Shown here: in pieces, positions 54,078-63,802 of the stretch
Layout of the letters: each line of letters begins with the position of its first letter
How positions within the stretch are numbered: position 1 is the first letter of the stretch
NCBI GenBank assembly: GCA_013152895.1
Contig: JAADFN010000181.1
Coordinates: 1,143 to 65,142, forward strand
Direction: 5' to 3'
DNA from: Acidobacteriota bacterium
GTDB taxonomy: Bacteria; Acidobacteriota; Thermoanaerobaculia; Thermoanaerobaculales; Sulfomarinibacteraceae
DNA length: 64,000 nt
Translations under genes and position numbers: made by a program
Notes under the pieces: model-generated
Told to the model about the DNA's origin: nothing
The model's input: the letters and a program-made list of their open reading frames with translations, nothing else
The model's database searches: none

Positions 54078-54336
54078 GTCACTCCTTGGTCTGAGTGAGA
54101 AGTTTACAGAACTTTCACAAAGGAACAGCGCGAAGAGCGCATAGAAGTAACTGCGGACACGTAACTTAGGGATTACCCGCTTTGTAGCTGAGAACCGGTC
54201 GCAAGGCAGCGATATATTGGAATTTCGCAACTTCCCGGCTGGGAGGACGGATCGAGGTTGCTCGGCTACTTTGCGACGGGATTTCTGCAGCTGGCACCAT
54301 GAGCCCGGCTGCGCTATGGTCTTCTCGGAGGTGGCT

Positions 54337-55275
54337 ATGGAAAAACGGCCGCGGGCTCTCGTAACGGGTGGAGCAGGATTTCTTGGATCGCATCTGTGCG
54401 AGCGGTTGCTCGACGAGGGATGCTCGGTGGTTTGTATGGACAACCTCATCACCGGATCGCTCACCAACATCGAACATCTCTTCGGACGAGAAGGGTTCGT
54501 CTTCGTCAAACATGACGTGACAAACTTCATCCATGTGCCGGGACGGGTCGATTACATCCTGCACTTCGCGTCGCCAGCGTCGCCGATCGACTACCTCAAG
54601 CTCCCGATCCAGACGCTCAAGGTCGGGTCGCTCGGGACACACAAGGCGCTTGGGCTGGCGAAATCGAAGGGTTCGCGCTTCCTGCTCGCGTCGACGTCGG
54701 AGGTCTACGGCGATCCGCTCGTGCATCCCCAGCCGGAGAGCTACTGGGGCAACGTTCATCCGGTGGGACCGCGCGGCGTTTACGACGAGGCCAAGCGATT
54801 CGCCGAGGCGTTGACGATGGCGTACCATCGGCATCACGGGGTCGAGACGCGCATCGTTCGAATCTTCAATACCTACGGGCCGCGGATGCGGGCAGGGGAT
54901 GGGCGGGTGGTGCCGACGTTCATCAACCAGGCCCTGGCTGGAGAGCCGCTGACGGTCTTTGGGGATGGATCTCAGACGCGGTCTTTCTGCTACGTGGACG
55001 ATCTCGTCGAGGGCCTCTGGCGGCTTCTCAACTCGGATCATGCTGAGCCCGTCAATATCGGGAATCCCAAGGAGATGACCGTTCTCCAGTTTGCGAAGGA
55101 GATCGTCCGGCTGACCGGGTCGAAATCGAAGATCGTGTTCGAGCCGTTGCCGGAGGATGATCCAAAGGTTCGCCAACCAGATATCACTCTGGCTCGCAAG
55201 CTTCTCGAGTGGGAGCCAGAAGTTCCGCTGGATCGGGGGCTGGCCCGCACGATCGAGTACTTCAAGAACGCGTGA
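54337..55275 (+). CDS. UDP-glucuronate decarboxylase (UDP-xylose synthase), SDR family
   Basis: The ATG at 54337 follows [29 protein letters not shown] and YDEAKR catalytic motif. Confidence 0.9.
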   Translation: MEKRPRALVTGGAGFLGSHLCERLLDEGCSVVCMDNLITGSLTNIEHLFGREGFVFVKHDVTNFIHVPGRVDYILHFASPASPIDYLKLPIQTLKVGSLGTHKALGLAKSKGSRFLLASTSEVYGDPLVHPQPESYWGNVHPVGPRGVYDEAKRFAEALTMAYHRHHGVETRIVRIFNTYGPRMRAGDGRVVPTFINQALAGEPLTVFGDGSQTRSFCYVDDLVEGLWRLLNSDHAEPVNIGNPKEMTVLQFAKEIVRLTGSKSKIVFEPLPEDDPKVRQPDITLARKLLEWEPEVPLDRGLARTIEYFKNA

Positions 55276-55336
55276 GTCCCGGGCGCGATGGATTCGAAAA
55301 CGATGATGGTACATCACATCGGACTCCTCCGGTGCC

Positions 55337-55365
55337 TTGACGCGTGAGATACCCAAGACTAGATT
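55337..55365 (+). promoter_or_regulatory. Candidate sigma70-type promoter
   Basis: TTGACG (55337-55342), a 17-nt spacer, then TAGATT (55360-55365), ~80 nt upstream of the ATG at 55445. Confidence 0.3.
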
Positions 55366-55444
55366 GAGAGAGGATACGGACACGGTGAAAGCGAATCTAT
55401 CGTTCATGTCTGGTTTCATGTCTTGTGAGCCCTGGAGGTGTTTC

Positions 55445-56395
55445 ATGGTGTCTCGAGTTCTTGTTGGGGCGCTCGTGGTTGCCGTTCTTGCCGCGGCGGT
55501 CCCGGCGTCGGCCCAGGTTGTCTCTCCCGTTCATTTTCTTCCGGTGGTTGTCAAGGCGAAGGGCGTTGCAGGCACGCTTTGGCGCAGCGATGTCTCCATC
55601 ACGAACTTGACGAACAAGGCAGTCACGGTGACCGCTGCATACCTCCCCGAAAAACAGACGAACTTTCCACCGTTGCAGCACACGCACGAGTTCACGTTGC
55701 AGTCGAGACAGACGATTCTCGTGGAGGATGTTGTCGGGAAGTGGTTCCCCGGCTTTGGCGACAATACGAAGGGTGCCATGCTGGTGTACACGGAGAATCC
55801 TTCCTTCAGCAAGGGGATGTTCCTGAGCAAGGACGCGCTCATGGCCCAGGGGAAGGGTGAGGCGGCGCCGTCTCTGGCGGTCACAAGCCGGGCGTACAAC
55901 GCGGCGAATCCGGATGCGACGTATGGCCAGACCGTTGCGTCGAATCCGTACGGCTATTTTTTCGGAATCGCGGCCGGTGAGATGACCGGTATGCGGCAAG
56001 ACACGAGGTTCCGCACGAACATCGGGGTGGTCAACCTCTCGGGACTGACGGCGGCCGTGCTGGTCACGGTGTACGACGAGACGGGACGCCTCCTCGCTCA
56101 CAAGACTGAGCATGTTGAGGGGTTCTCCCTCCGACAGTGGAACCTCAAGCGTGAGTTCGGGGTCGACGGTCTGCACGACGGCTTGGTTGAGGTGAAGATC
56201 GATCCGTCGGTCGCAAATCAGGACCCCTGTGGCAACACGGCGGGCGGCCTGTCTCCGATGCTGGTCGCGTATTATTCGAAAAACGACTTCGCCACGGGAG
56301 ATGCCGAGTTCGGCGTCGCCCAGGTGGACTGGAGGCAGTACGCGGTGGAGTGCCACGAAAGCCCGATGGAGCAGTGTCCGGCCGTCGGTGAGTGA
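55445..56395 (+). CDS. Secreted protein of unknown function
   Basis: The ATG at 55445 follows GGAGGTG. Signal peptide MVSRVLVGALVVAVLAAAVPASA. N-terminal HFLPVVVKAKGVAGTLWRSDVSITN pattern. Confidence 0.6.
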   Translation: MVSRVLVGALVVAVLAAAVPASAQVVSPVHFLPVVVKAKGVAGTLWRSDVSITNLTNKAVTVTAAYLPEKQTNFPPLQHTHEFTLQSRQTILVEDVVGKWFPGFGDNTKGAMLVYTENPSFSKGMFLSKDALMAQGKGEAAPSLAVTSRAYNAANPDATYGQTVASNPYGYFFGIAAGEMTGMRQDTRFRTNIGVVNLSGLTAAVLVTVYDETGRLLAHKTEHVEGFSLRQWNLKREFGVDGLHDGLVEVKIDPSVANQDPCGNTAGGLSPMLVAYYSKNDFATGDAEFGVAQVDWRQYAVECHESPMEQCPAVGE

Positions 56396-56413
56396 CCCTT
56401 GGCCGCGGATCGT

Positions 56414-57199
56414 TCAGCTGATACGTGCCTTGGCGGCGAGCTCGCGTGCCAGCGCAATCTCGTGGCGAGAAAGCTCGCCCCGCGTCAACTCGATACCGAG
56501 CGCCCGGCTGATACCATGTGTGAGGGCGTCGTACAGGACGGCGAGCGGTGGAACGTCCCCGAGCTCGGCCGCGACCGTGGTCAGGGAGGAGCGCAGCGTA
56601 CGGTCGCCGGGGAGGCCGACTGCCCCGGCCTGCAGCACCCCGTCCCAGTCCAGAAGCCATGCGCCGTGCTGGAGGACGATTCCGTTGTGAAGCCGCATGG
56701 CTGAACCGATGATTTTCTTCCCGCTCACGGCGACCTCGCCTCCTGCGGGGGCCTGGAAGCAGGGGATGGACGAAGCCGGGGAGGGCAGGCGCATGTTGAT
56801 CTCGCCCGGAGTCAGCGTGGCATCGATGCCGATGGCGCGGCACGCCAGCACCAGGCCGGAGCAGATCATCCTGTACGCCTCCTGGAGATGACGGGGCAAG
56901 ATGCCCGTGCCAAGCGGTGCGATGACGGCATAGGTCAGCTCGTGATGATGCAACACGGCCCGGCCGCCGGTGGGACGGCGGACGACATCGACTCCGTGGC
57001 TTCGGCAGAACGCCATGTCCACAGCCTCCGGAAGCTGGTGCCGCCCAAGTGAGAGACAGGGTGGAGCCCACCGGTAGAGTCTCAATGTCGGTGGCGCTTC
57101 GCCGGCGGCGGCGGCCTCGGTGATCGCCATGTCGCGGCCCATGTTCAGCGAGCCGGAAAGCGGATCATCGACGATCAGCCGCCATGCGTTGCTGCTCAA
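56414..57199 (-). CDS. Lipoate-protein ligase / octanoyltransferase family protein (BPL_LplA_LipB)
   Basis: TLRLYRWAPPCLSLGRHQ, VVRRPTGGRAVLH and a SGKKIIGSA lysine motif. Confidence 0.8.
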   Translation of the reverse strand: MSSNAWRLIVDDPLSGSLNMGRDMAITEAAAAGEAPPTLRLYRWAPPCLSLGRHQLPEAVDMAFCRSHGVDVVRRPTGGRAVLHHHELTYAVIAPLGTGILPRHLQEAYRMICSGLVLACRAIGIDATLTPGEINMRLPSPASSIPCFQAPAGGEVAVSGKKIIGSAMRLHNGIVLQHGAWLLDWDGVLQAGAVGLPGDRTLRSSLTTVAAELGDVPPLAVLYDALTHGISRALGIELTRGELSRHEIALARELAAKARIS

Positions 57200-58179
57200 T
57201 GCTCACCATCCAGTGAGGCCCAGCGGCGCCAGGCGGATGCGAGTGGCTCGCCTCCCGACCACAAGGCACGCGTGAAGGCCTCGACCCAGGGATCGAAGCC
57301 CGGGATGACGCGGAGGTTGTCCTCCTCGGACAGGATTCTCGGGTCTTGAGAGAGGGGCGCCAGCGCTGAAGCGGCCCGCCTCAGCCGCCATCCCCACGAG
57401 CTTTCTTCGTACGACTGGTCGAGGCGGCGGGCCCACAGGCGGAGCAGCGCCGCGGTCTTGACGGCGCCGGGGTGTGAGCCTGCCGGTGCAGCGTTGGGGA
57501 TCACGGGATCCATCCCCAGCCGGTGAATGACGATACCTGCCCGCCGTTCAAGGGCGTGGAGCCCACGGCTGACGTCGGCATGGAAGAGGCAGTTCTCGAA
57601 TTGCTCCTCGTCCCCCGAGCCATCGACGCCATCGAGGATCCGGTGACGGTCCTTCGGAGTCAGGAGCAGGGGGGCGGCCACCGCAAACCCGGCGCCGGCG
57701 CCGTGGAGGCGCTCAATTCGTCGTTCGAGCTCAGCCGCGGCGCCGGGAAAAGGAAACAGGCCAAGTACCGCACCCCAGGCACGTGCACTCCAGCTTTGTG
57801 GGATCTGGATGGTGTGCGAAAGGGGGGAAGGGAGCACGGGTACCAGCGCGATGACCCGCGATTCCCCATCGTGTTCGCCGAGTCCGAGATCATCCGGCGT
57901 GATGGATGGATCGTCGAGCACGAGCAGCACCGAGCTCCCCCGTTCCAGGAGCCGCTCCAGGGCGTCGAGGCGCTTCCGGATCACGCGGGCGAAGGCCATC
58001 GCGCAGATGGGCGGCCGTGGGACGACGGTCTCGGCCGGTAGGATCCGGCGGGGGGCGTCTTCCCACACGATGCCCATACGGATGGGATCAAGCGATACCG
58101 AAGAGACCGGAAGATAGCCGGGACGCACCACGTGCGTAACCGGGAAGAGATCGGGGAATGCGGGCTCAATCCGCTTCAT
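57196..58179 (-). CDS. Hypothetical protein (~327 aa)
   Basis: ATGA-coupled to the lipoate ligase gene. Non-shadow composition. No motif recognised. The start is uncertain (58179 or 58194). Confidence 0.5.
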   Translation of the reverse strand: MKRIEPAFPDLFPVTHVVRPGYLPVSSVSLDPIRMGIVWEDAPRRILPAETVVPRPPICAMAFARVIRKRLDALERLLERGSSVLLVLDDPSITPDDLGLGEHDGESRVIALVPVLPSPLSHTIQIPQSWSARAWGAVLGLFPFPGAAAELERRIERLHGAGAGFAVAAPLLLTPKDRHRILDGVDGSGDEEQFENCLFHADVSRGLHALERRAGIVIHRLGMDPVIPNAAPAGSHPGAVKTAALLRLWARRLDQSYEESSWGWRLRRAASALAPLSQDPRILSEEDNLRVIPGFDPWVEAFTRALWSGGEPLASAWRRWASLDGEH

Positions 58180-58819
58180 TGGAACCCCTGTCAAGAAAGA
58201 CCTCCCAAACGGAAGGCCCTGCGGAGGCGCCCTTTTCGATGGAGCGCGCCACGTACTTGGCGAGAACGTCCGTTTCCAGGTGCAGCGCGTCTCCCGGGCG
58301 GCGTCTGCCGAGCGCCGTCGCCTCGAGGGTCGCCGGGATCAATGCCACCTCGAACCAGCCGTCTCCCAGCGCTGCGACGGTCAGGGACACACCATCCAGT
58401 GCAACGCTGCCCTTGACGGCGACCTCGCGGCTCTGCGCCGTCGGCAGCGAGATCCGCCAGCGGGCGAACGAGCCGGCGTTGGAGATCGATAAAATACGAA
58501 CGACCGCGTCGACGTGGCCCTGAACGAAATGTCCGCCCAGCCGGCCTCCGGCGCGAAGCGCCCTTTCGAGATTGACCGCATCGCCGGGGCGGAGCGAAGA
58601 CAGGCGCGTCCGGCTCAAGGTTTCCGGCGAAAGATCGGCGGAAAAGGCGCCTGGCTCTGGCTCCACGGCGGTCAGGCACGCGCCGTTGACGGCGACACTG
58701 TCGCCTTTACGCGGATCCTCGTCATCGGGCCAGCGCGCCTGGATCCGCAGCCTGAAACCGCCCGCCGTCCGGGAGGTTTCCACAACCGATCCGACGGCTT
58801 CAATCAGCCCGGTGAACAT
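58166..58819 (-). CDS. ribE: Riboflavin synthase
   Basis: MFTGLIE N-terminus, GDSVAVNGACLT, and the second-half repeat GSVALDGVSLTV. Confidence 0.9.
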   Translation of the reverse strand: MFTGLIEAVGSVVETSRTAGGFRLRIQARWPDDEDPRKGDSVAVNGACLTAVEPEPGAFSADLSPETLSRTRLSSLRPGDAVNLERALRAGGRLGGHFVQGHVDAVVRILSISNAGSFARWRISLPTAQSREVAVKGSVALDGVSLTVAALGDGWFEVALIPATLEATALGRRRPGDALHLETDVLAKYVARSIEKGASAGPSVWEVFLDRGSNEAD

Positions 58820-59945
58820 CAGCCTCGTTTGCCCGGATCACCCGGATCTCCACATCGGTATCGTGTCGAGTCACAGAAACGATGATATACCTTTTCGCCT
58901 CATCGAGCATCCCCGCGCCGAGGCCTCCAATCGCGGCAGGCGCCTGGACCCCCCCGATGATCACGGGCGCCAGGAAAAGCTCGATCTCATCGGCGAGCCC
59001 TGCATCGTTGAACGATCCGTGAACCGCCGGGCCTCCCTCGACGAGCAAAGAGACGACCGGCTCGGCCGCCAGCGCGCGCAGGAGGGTAGTGAGGGCGGGC
59101 CGCCCATCCGGCCCGGGCTCGATCTCGAGGAGGCGGACGCCGGCATCGCGGAACCGTTCGCGCCGGTCGGCCGGGGCGCGATCCGTATGAACGAGCAGCA
59201 CACTTTCCGGATCCTCGCGGATCAATGCCGCGTCGGCGGGAATGTCAAGCGCGGAGTCCAGGACGATCCGCAACCACCGTCCGTTGGGGTTGAGCCCGAG
59301 GCGCCGCGTCAGGCGCGGGTTGTCGGCGCGAACGGTGCCGGCGCCGACGAGAATTGCGTCGTACTCCTCGCGCAACTCGAGACTGCGCCGCCTGGCCGCC
59401 TCGCACGTGATCCACCGGGAATCTCCGCGCCGGGTGGCGACCTTGCCATCGAGGCTGACGGCAGCCTTGAGCGTGATCCACGGCTTCTGCGCGCTGGCCC
59501 AGTGGAGCCACCGGTAGTTCAGGCGCCGTGCCTCCACAGCCGCCACGCCCATGGTGACCTGGACGCCACCGCTTCGCAGGCGCGCAGCGCCACCCCCCGC
59601 TTGCGGGTTTGGATCGGGAATGGCGATGACGACCCGCGCCATCCCCGCCTCGAGAATGGCGTCCGTGCATGGAGGCGTTTTGCCGTAGTGATTGCATGGC
59701 TCCAGGGTAACGTAGAGGGTACCGCTGCGGGCCCGTTCCCCGGCCTCTGCCAGGGCGTTGATCTCTGCGTGGGGTCCTCCAACTCTCTCGTGAAATCCCT
59801 CGCCGGCGAGGCGACCTTCAACATCGAGGATGACGGCGCCGACCATCGGATTGGGAGAGGCGCCGAAGCGCCCGCGGGCGGCCAGCTCGAGGGCACGGCG
59901 CATCCAGCGGAGATCAGTCTCGTTGGGAGAGTGATCGCCCATCAT
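58800..59945 (-). CDS. ribD: Bifunctional riboflavin biosynthesis deaminase/reductase
   Basis: Internal ATG at 59945. Deaminase zinc motifs HAEINAL and PCNHYGKTPPC. The reductase half has KAAVSLDGK. Confidence 0.9.
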   Translation of the reverse strand: MMGDHSPNETDLRWMRRALELAARGRFGASPNPMVGAVILDVEGRLAGEGFHERVGGPHAEINALAEAGERARSGTLYVTLEPCNHYGKTPPCTDAILEAGMARVVIAIPDPNPQAGGGAARLRSGGVQVTMGVAAVEARRLNYRWLHWASAQKPWITLKAAVSLDGKVATRRGDSRWITCEAARRRSLELREEYDAILVGAGTVRADNPRLTRRLGLNPNGRWLRIVLDSALDIPADAALIREDPESVLLVHTDRAPADRRERFRDAGVRLLEIEPGPDGRPALTTLLRALAAEPVVSLLVEGGPAVHGSFNDAGLADEIELFLAPVIIGGVQAPAAIGGLGAGMLDEAKRYIIVSVTRHDTDVEIRVIRANEADVHRAD

Positions 59946-59949
59946 TCCA

Positions 59950-60879
59950 TCACGACGCTGCGAGCAGCGCATCGACGAACTCCTCGGGATCGAACGGGAG
60001 AAGATCGTCTTCGCCCTCGCCAACGCCGACCCAGCGAACCGGGAGCCCGAGCCCCTCGGCGATCGCCAGAATCACGCCACCCTTCGCCGTGCCATCGAGC
60101 TTCGTCAGGACGACCCCGGTCACCCCGGCGGTCGCGCCGAACCTCTGCGCCTGCTCGATGCCGTTTGAGCCGGTCGTTGCGTCGAGGACGAGCAGGACGT
60201 CGTGTGGGGCGCCGGCAACCTCCCGGGCGGCGACCCTGCGGACTTTTTCAAGTTCTTTCATCAAGTTGGCGCGGGTGTGGAGCCTCCCGGCGGTGTCGAC
60301 CAGCACGTCGTCGGCGTTGCGCGCCTTCGCCCGGGCGATGGCGTCGAAAACCACCGCGGCGGGGTCAGCGCCCTCGCCCTGGTGCACGAGTGGAACACCT
60401 ATGCGATCCGCCCAGTACTGGAGCTGCTCAACGGCGGCCGCGCGGAAGGTATCGGCCGCCGCGAGAAGCACGGTGCGCCCGGCATCGTGGTACCTCTTGG
60501 CGAGCTTCGCGGCGGTCGTCGTCTTCCCCGTCCCGTTGACGCCGACCAAGAGCGTGACGCGTGGACGCTCGCCTGGAGCTTCGGCCGGGAAGGGGTGCTC
60601 CACGGACTTCAAGAGTCCGACGAGCCGTTGACGAAGGGCCGGCCGGAGTTGCTCGGCGTTTTCAATCTCGCCGGAACGAACCGCCTCCTTCAGCTCAGCG
60701 GCGAGACGAAGGGAGAGGGATACGCCGGTGTCCGCGGCGATCAGGGCTTCCTCGACGCGATCGATGTGCCATTCTTCCACGGGGCCGGTCCGGCGAAATG
60801 CCTCGCCGACCTTCTCCAAAAACTCCGTGTGCGTCATGAACAGGCCACGCTTGAGCTTGGCCAGAATTGTACGGGTCAC
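59950..60879 (-). CDS. ftsY: Signal-recognition-particle receptor FtsY (short form, NG domain only)
   Basis: GVNGTGKTTT, AADTFRAAA, DTAGRLH, TKLDGTAKGG. Confidence 0.9.
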   Translation of the reverse strand: MTRTILAKLKRGLFMTHTEFLEKVGEAFRRTGPVEEWHIDRVEEALIAADTGVSLSLRLAAELKEAVRSGEIENAEQLRPALRQRLVGLLKSVEHPFPAEAPGERPRVTLLVGVNGTGKTTTAAKLAKRYHDAGRTVLLAAADTFRAAAVEQLQYWADRIGVPLVHQGEGADPAAVVFDAIARAKARNADDVLVDTAGRLHTRANLMKELEKVRRVAAREVAGAPHDVLLVLDATTGSNGIEQAQRFGATAGVTGVVLTKLDGTAKGGVILAIAEGLGLPVRWVGVGEGEDDLLPFDPEEFVDALLAAS

Positions 60880-60905
60880 TGTATCCTCCGAGCGTTCCGA
60901 TTGGC

Positions 60906-61268
60906 TCAGGCGAGCTCCCGCTCGATGACCCGAGCCGCTCTCCGGAGGTAATAGCCTGCCTTGGCGGGCAGGCCGTTCCGGCGGAGCACGAGCACAACAT
61001 AGTAACCGTCGGAAAGCAGCTCAGTCAATGACGTCAGGTGAGCCGCAGAGATCGTATAAGAACGCACAAAGCCGGCTTCGGTCGCCTCAAACGCCTGATT
61101 GATCCTTCTTTTGAAGATGCTGTGATATGCCCCTTCGACCTTGAGCTCATATGGATCGCCCTCCCTCGTGACGCACTCGATCGTTTCGCCCTCGTGATCA
61201 AGAAAAATGGCACCAACAGCTTCGGGAACATCGACGAGGAGGTTTGTTAAAATATAATTGAACGGCAT
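60906..61268 (-). CDS. Roadblock/LC7 (MglB-like) domain protein
   Basis: A 120-aa product starting MPFNYILTNLLVDVPEAVGAIFLDHEGETI. The alpha-beta-alpha pattern is typical of Roadblock/LC7. TGATG overlap with the upstream TPR reading frame. Confidence 0.65.
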   Translation of the reverse strand: MPFNYILTNLLVDVPEAVGAIFLDHEGETIECVTREGDPYELKVEGAYHSIFKRRINQAFEATEAGFVRSYTISAAHLTSLTELLSDGYYVVLVLRRNGLPAKAGYYLRRAARVIERELA

Positions 61269-62051
61269 CACTGTCCCTTGAGAACTGTTCTCGCCTGACT
61301 GGCCCACGGGGAGTCGGGCGCATTGGAAATGATCTGCTCCAAGTATTTTCGAGCACGGTCCTTCTTGCCTGCCAGTATCAGGGTCTCTGCAAGTTGGAGC
61401 GTCGCCTCGGGACGCTCCGGGAACTTCAGGTGGGCGGCCTCGAGCGTGGCAATCGCTGCATCGAGCTTCCCCTGCTTTTGCTGAACCTCGGAGAGCCTGA
61501 GACACGCCTGGAACACGGGCACCGGCGCCTCGGCCGCCCTGCGGAGGTTTTCCTCCGCCGCAACGAGACGTCCCATCTGAAGATACGTCATGCCGAGATT
61601 GTAATAAACCTGCCACCGGTGCGGGTAGGTCATATCGGAAAGAACCCCGAGAAACGACCTCGGCCAGACGGTACTGCTTCAACGCCAGGTACGCTACCCC
61701 CCGGTTGTTGCGAGCGTTCGAAAACGACGGAATCAAGGTCAGCGCCTTGTTGAACGCTTCGATGCTTTGCGCGGGTTTGTGGAGGCGCAGATAACACAGC
61801 CCGATCATGTTGTACGCAGTCGCATTGTTCGGCTCAAGCCGGGCCGCCTCCTGAAAGCGTTTCAACGCCGCCTGGAAATGCCCCTGTTGGAGGTCCACGG
61901 AACCCTGGCGCATTACCGTAAAGGGATAGAGTGGATTCTTGACCGACATTGCCGAGGGGTTTCCCGTTCGCTCGGGTCCGCCCGTGCTTGCGCAGGATGG
62001 CAAGATCAGGAGCGTGCCACACAGCAGAAGAACGAGAGAGGAACGTTTCAT
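61268..62051 (-). pseudogene. TPR lipoprotein (PilF/PilW-like) interrupted by a +1 frameshift
   Basis: The N-terminal part (from ATG 62051, lipobox LILPSC, TPR units) is in one frame. The TPR continuation ...FLGVLSDMTYPHRWQVYYNLGMTYLQMG... to the stop at 61268 is in the +1 frame. The switch must lie between 61640 and 61678. Confidence 0.55.
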
Positions 62052-63802
62052 GAGGCCTCCTGGTTTGATTCCGGGTCACGTGGATCTATGAGCGGCGGTG
62101 TCGTGCGTGGCGGCGGGGTGATATCGCCCGCGGCCACGGCAGCAGCGAGGGCCTCGATGACTTTTGGGTCGAACCTGATGCCCGCCATCGCCCTCATCCT
62201 ATCAAGCACAACCTCTAACCGCAGCGCCCGCTGGTAGGGCCGGTCCGTCGTCATGGCGTCGAACGTATCGGCAACACCGATAATCCTGGCTACAAGCGGG
62301 ATGGTTTCGCCCGTCAGGTGGTCCGGATACCCGCTTCCGTCCCACATTTCATGATGGTTCCGGATGCCCGGGATGATATCTCTCAGCATGCGGATCGGCG
62401 CCATGATCTGGGCGCCAATCACCGGGTGCTGGCGCATGACGGCGAATTCCTCGGCGGTGAGACGGCCGGGTTTCTTGAGGATATCGTCCCGGATTCCAAG
62501 CTTCCCGACGTCGTGAAGAATGGCCGCAATCCGGATTCTGAAGACCTGTTCCTGGGACAGGCCGAGATGACGCGCGATGGCCATCGAAAATGAGCTGACT
62601 CGTTCTGCGTGGCCGCGGGTATACGGATCCTTGGCATCGATGGCCGCAGCCAGGGTACGGATCGTTTCCAGGAATAGCTCCTGGTTTTGTCTCAGGGCCT
62701 GTTTGAGCCGGCGAACCAGGCTTTCAATGTTGCCAGCCATGTTATTGAAATTCGTTGCGAGGTGCGCGAGCTCGTTGTAGCCGGCGACGTTCGCGCGGAC
62801 GGTCAAGTTCCCACCGGCCAGTTCCGAGGTGACTCCCGCGAGGCGCTGGAGTGGGCGGATCATGAAACCGCTCAGGAAGTACCCAAGTGCCAGGGCGCCA
62901 CCGGCAGCGATACCGGTGACGATGAGCGTCCGGATTTGCATGGCACGAACGAAGGCGAACGCCTTTGCCGTTGGGCGCTCGACGATAACGCCCCAGCGAG
63001 GCTGGCCGACGGGGGCGATAGAGCCAAGCATCTGCTGGGCGCCGTCTCCCGCACGGGTGCGGTACACCCTGGTCAACCGGAGGGGCTTGATCAAGAAGTC
63101 GTGTACGAGAGGAGATCCGGCCATGGAGCGGCCGGCGAGGCCTGGCCGCGAGGCGAGCACAACGCGGCCCTTGTGATCGATGATGGCGATATTGAGCCCG
63201 GCAAGCGCGTTGTCATGGAGCCTTTCCTGGAGACCGTTGAGGTCGACGGCGCCGCAGAGAACGGCGCGGGGCTTCGTGCCGCCGGAGCTCGTCAACGGGT
63301 ACGCAAACGTCGCGACGCCCGCCGTGAGACCGGGGAGAGGAACGTGCAGGCGTTGCGTCACTTTGCCCGCAAAAGCTGCCTTCCGGTCCTGTGCGAACAG
63401 GGCCGTGAGTCGTTGCTCTGCAGATGGGCGGAGGTTTCGCGTCCGGACAAATGCGCCCTTCCCCGATTGGTCCAAAATCTCGAGGCGCAAGATGGCGGGA
63501 TCATGTTGCGCCAGAGTCGCAAGGAGAGATTCCAGGTCCTGGGGAGAGAACGATCCCGCAGCTTCGAGCGCCCGGACCGTGCTGCTTAGCCGTGTGCTGT
63601 GAACCGTGTAAAAAAGCGAGACCTCGCTCGCCAGGCTGACCGCCTGGCGCGTCAGGTATTGCTTCTCGATGGTCGTCAAATGCTCGCGGTTCCGTGCGGC
63701 GAGCAACAGCCCGACGGCTACCAGCGGCACCACGGTAACGAGAACAAGCGTGGCGATGATCGGATAGCTGAGACTCGACCGGAAACGTCGGAACACGCTC
63801 AT
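62048..63802 (-). CDS. Membrane sensor with periplasmic Cache-like region, HAMP and HD-GYP domains (cyclic-di-GMP phosphodiesterase family)
   Basis: HAMP region PLQRLAGVTSELAGGNLTVR. HD-GYP motifs HAERVS, LHDVGK and HHEMWDGSGYP. ATG at 63802; the track start at 63817 is a TTG. Confidence 0.85.
   Translation of the reverse strand: MSVFRRFRSSLSYPIIATLVLVTVVPLVAVGLLLAARNREHLTTIEKQYLTRQAVSLASEVSLFYTVHSTRLSSTVRALEAAGSFSPQDLESLLATLAQHDPAILRLEILDQSGKGAFVRTRNLRPSAEQRLTALFAQDRKAAFAGKVTQRLHVPLPGLTAGVATFAYPLTSSGGTKPRAVLCGAVDLNGLQERLHDNALAGLNIAIIDHKGRVVLASRPGLAGRSMAGSPLVHDFLIKPLRLTRVYRTRAGDGAQQMLGSIAPVGQPRWGVIVERPTAKAFAFVRAMQIRTLIVTGIAAGGALALGYFLSGFMIRPLQRLAGVTSELAGGNLTVRANVAGYNELAHLATNFNNMAGNIESLVRRLKQALRQNQELFLETIRTLAAAIDAKDPYTRGHAERVSSFSMAIARHLGLSQEQVFRIRIAAILHDVGKLGIRDDILKKPGRLTAEEFAVMRQHPVIGAQIMAPIRMLRDIIPGIRNHHEMWDGSGYPDHLTGETIPLVARIIGVADTFDAMTTDRPYQRALRLEVVLDRMRAMAGIRFDPKVIEALAAAVAAGDITPPPRTTPPLIDPRDPESNQEAS

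Noticed and set aside
55285-55300. The tRNA-like T-arm string ggattcgaaaac in the UXS-downstream intergenic region.
   Set aside because: It does not match GGTTCGAATCC or its complement. No acceptor or anticodon stems can be drawn around it.
60906-62051. A single 381-aa ORF spanning the TPR N-terminus, a junk middle part and the Roadblock domain.
   Set aside because: The middle ~125 residues are Arg/Gly/Ser-rich, while the +1 frame gives clean TPR repeats ending at 61268. I interpret it as a frameshifted TPR gene plus a separate Roadblock gene starting at 61268.
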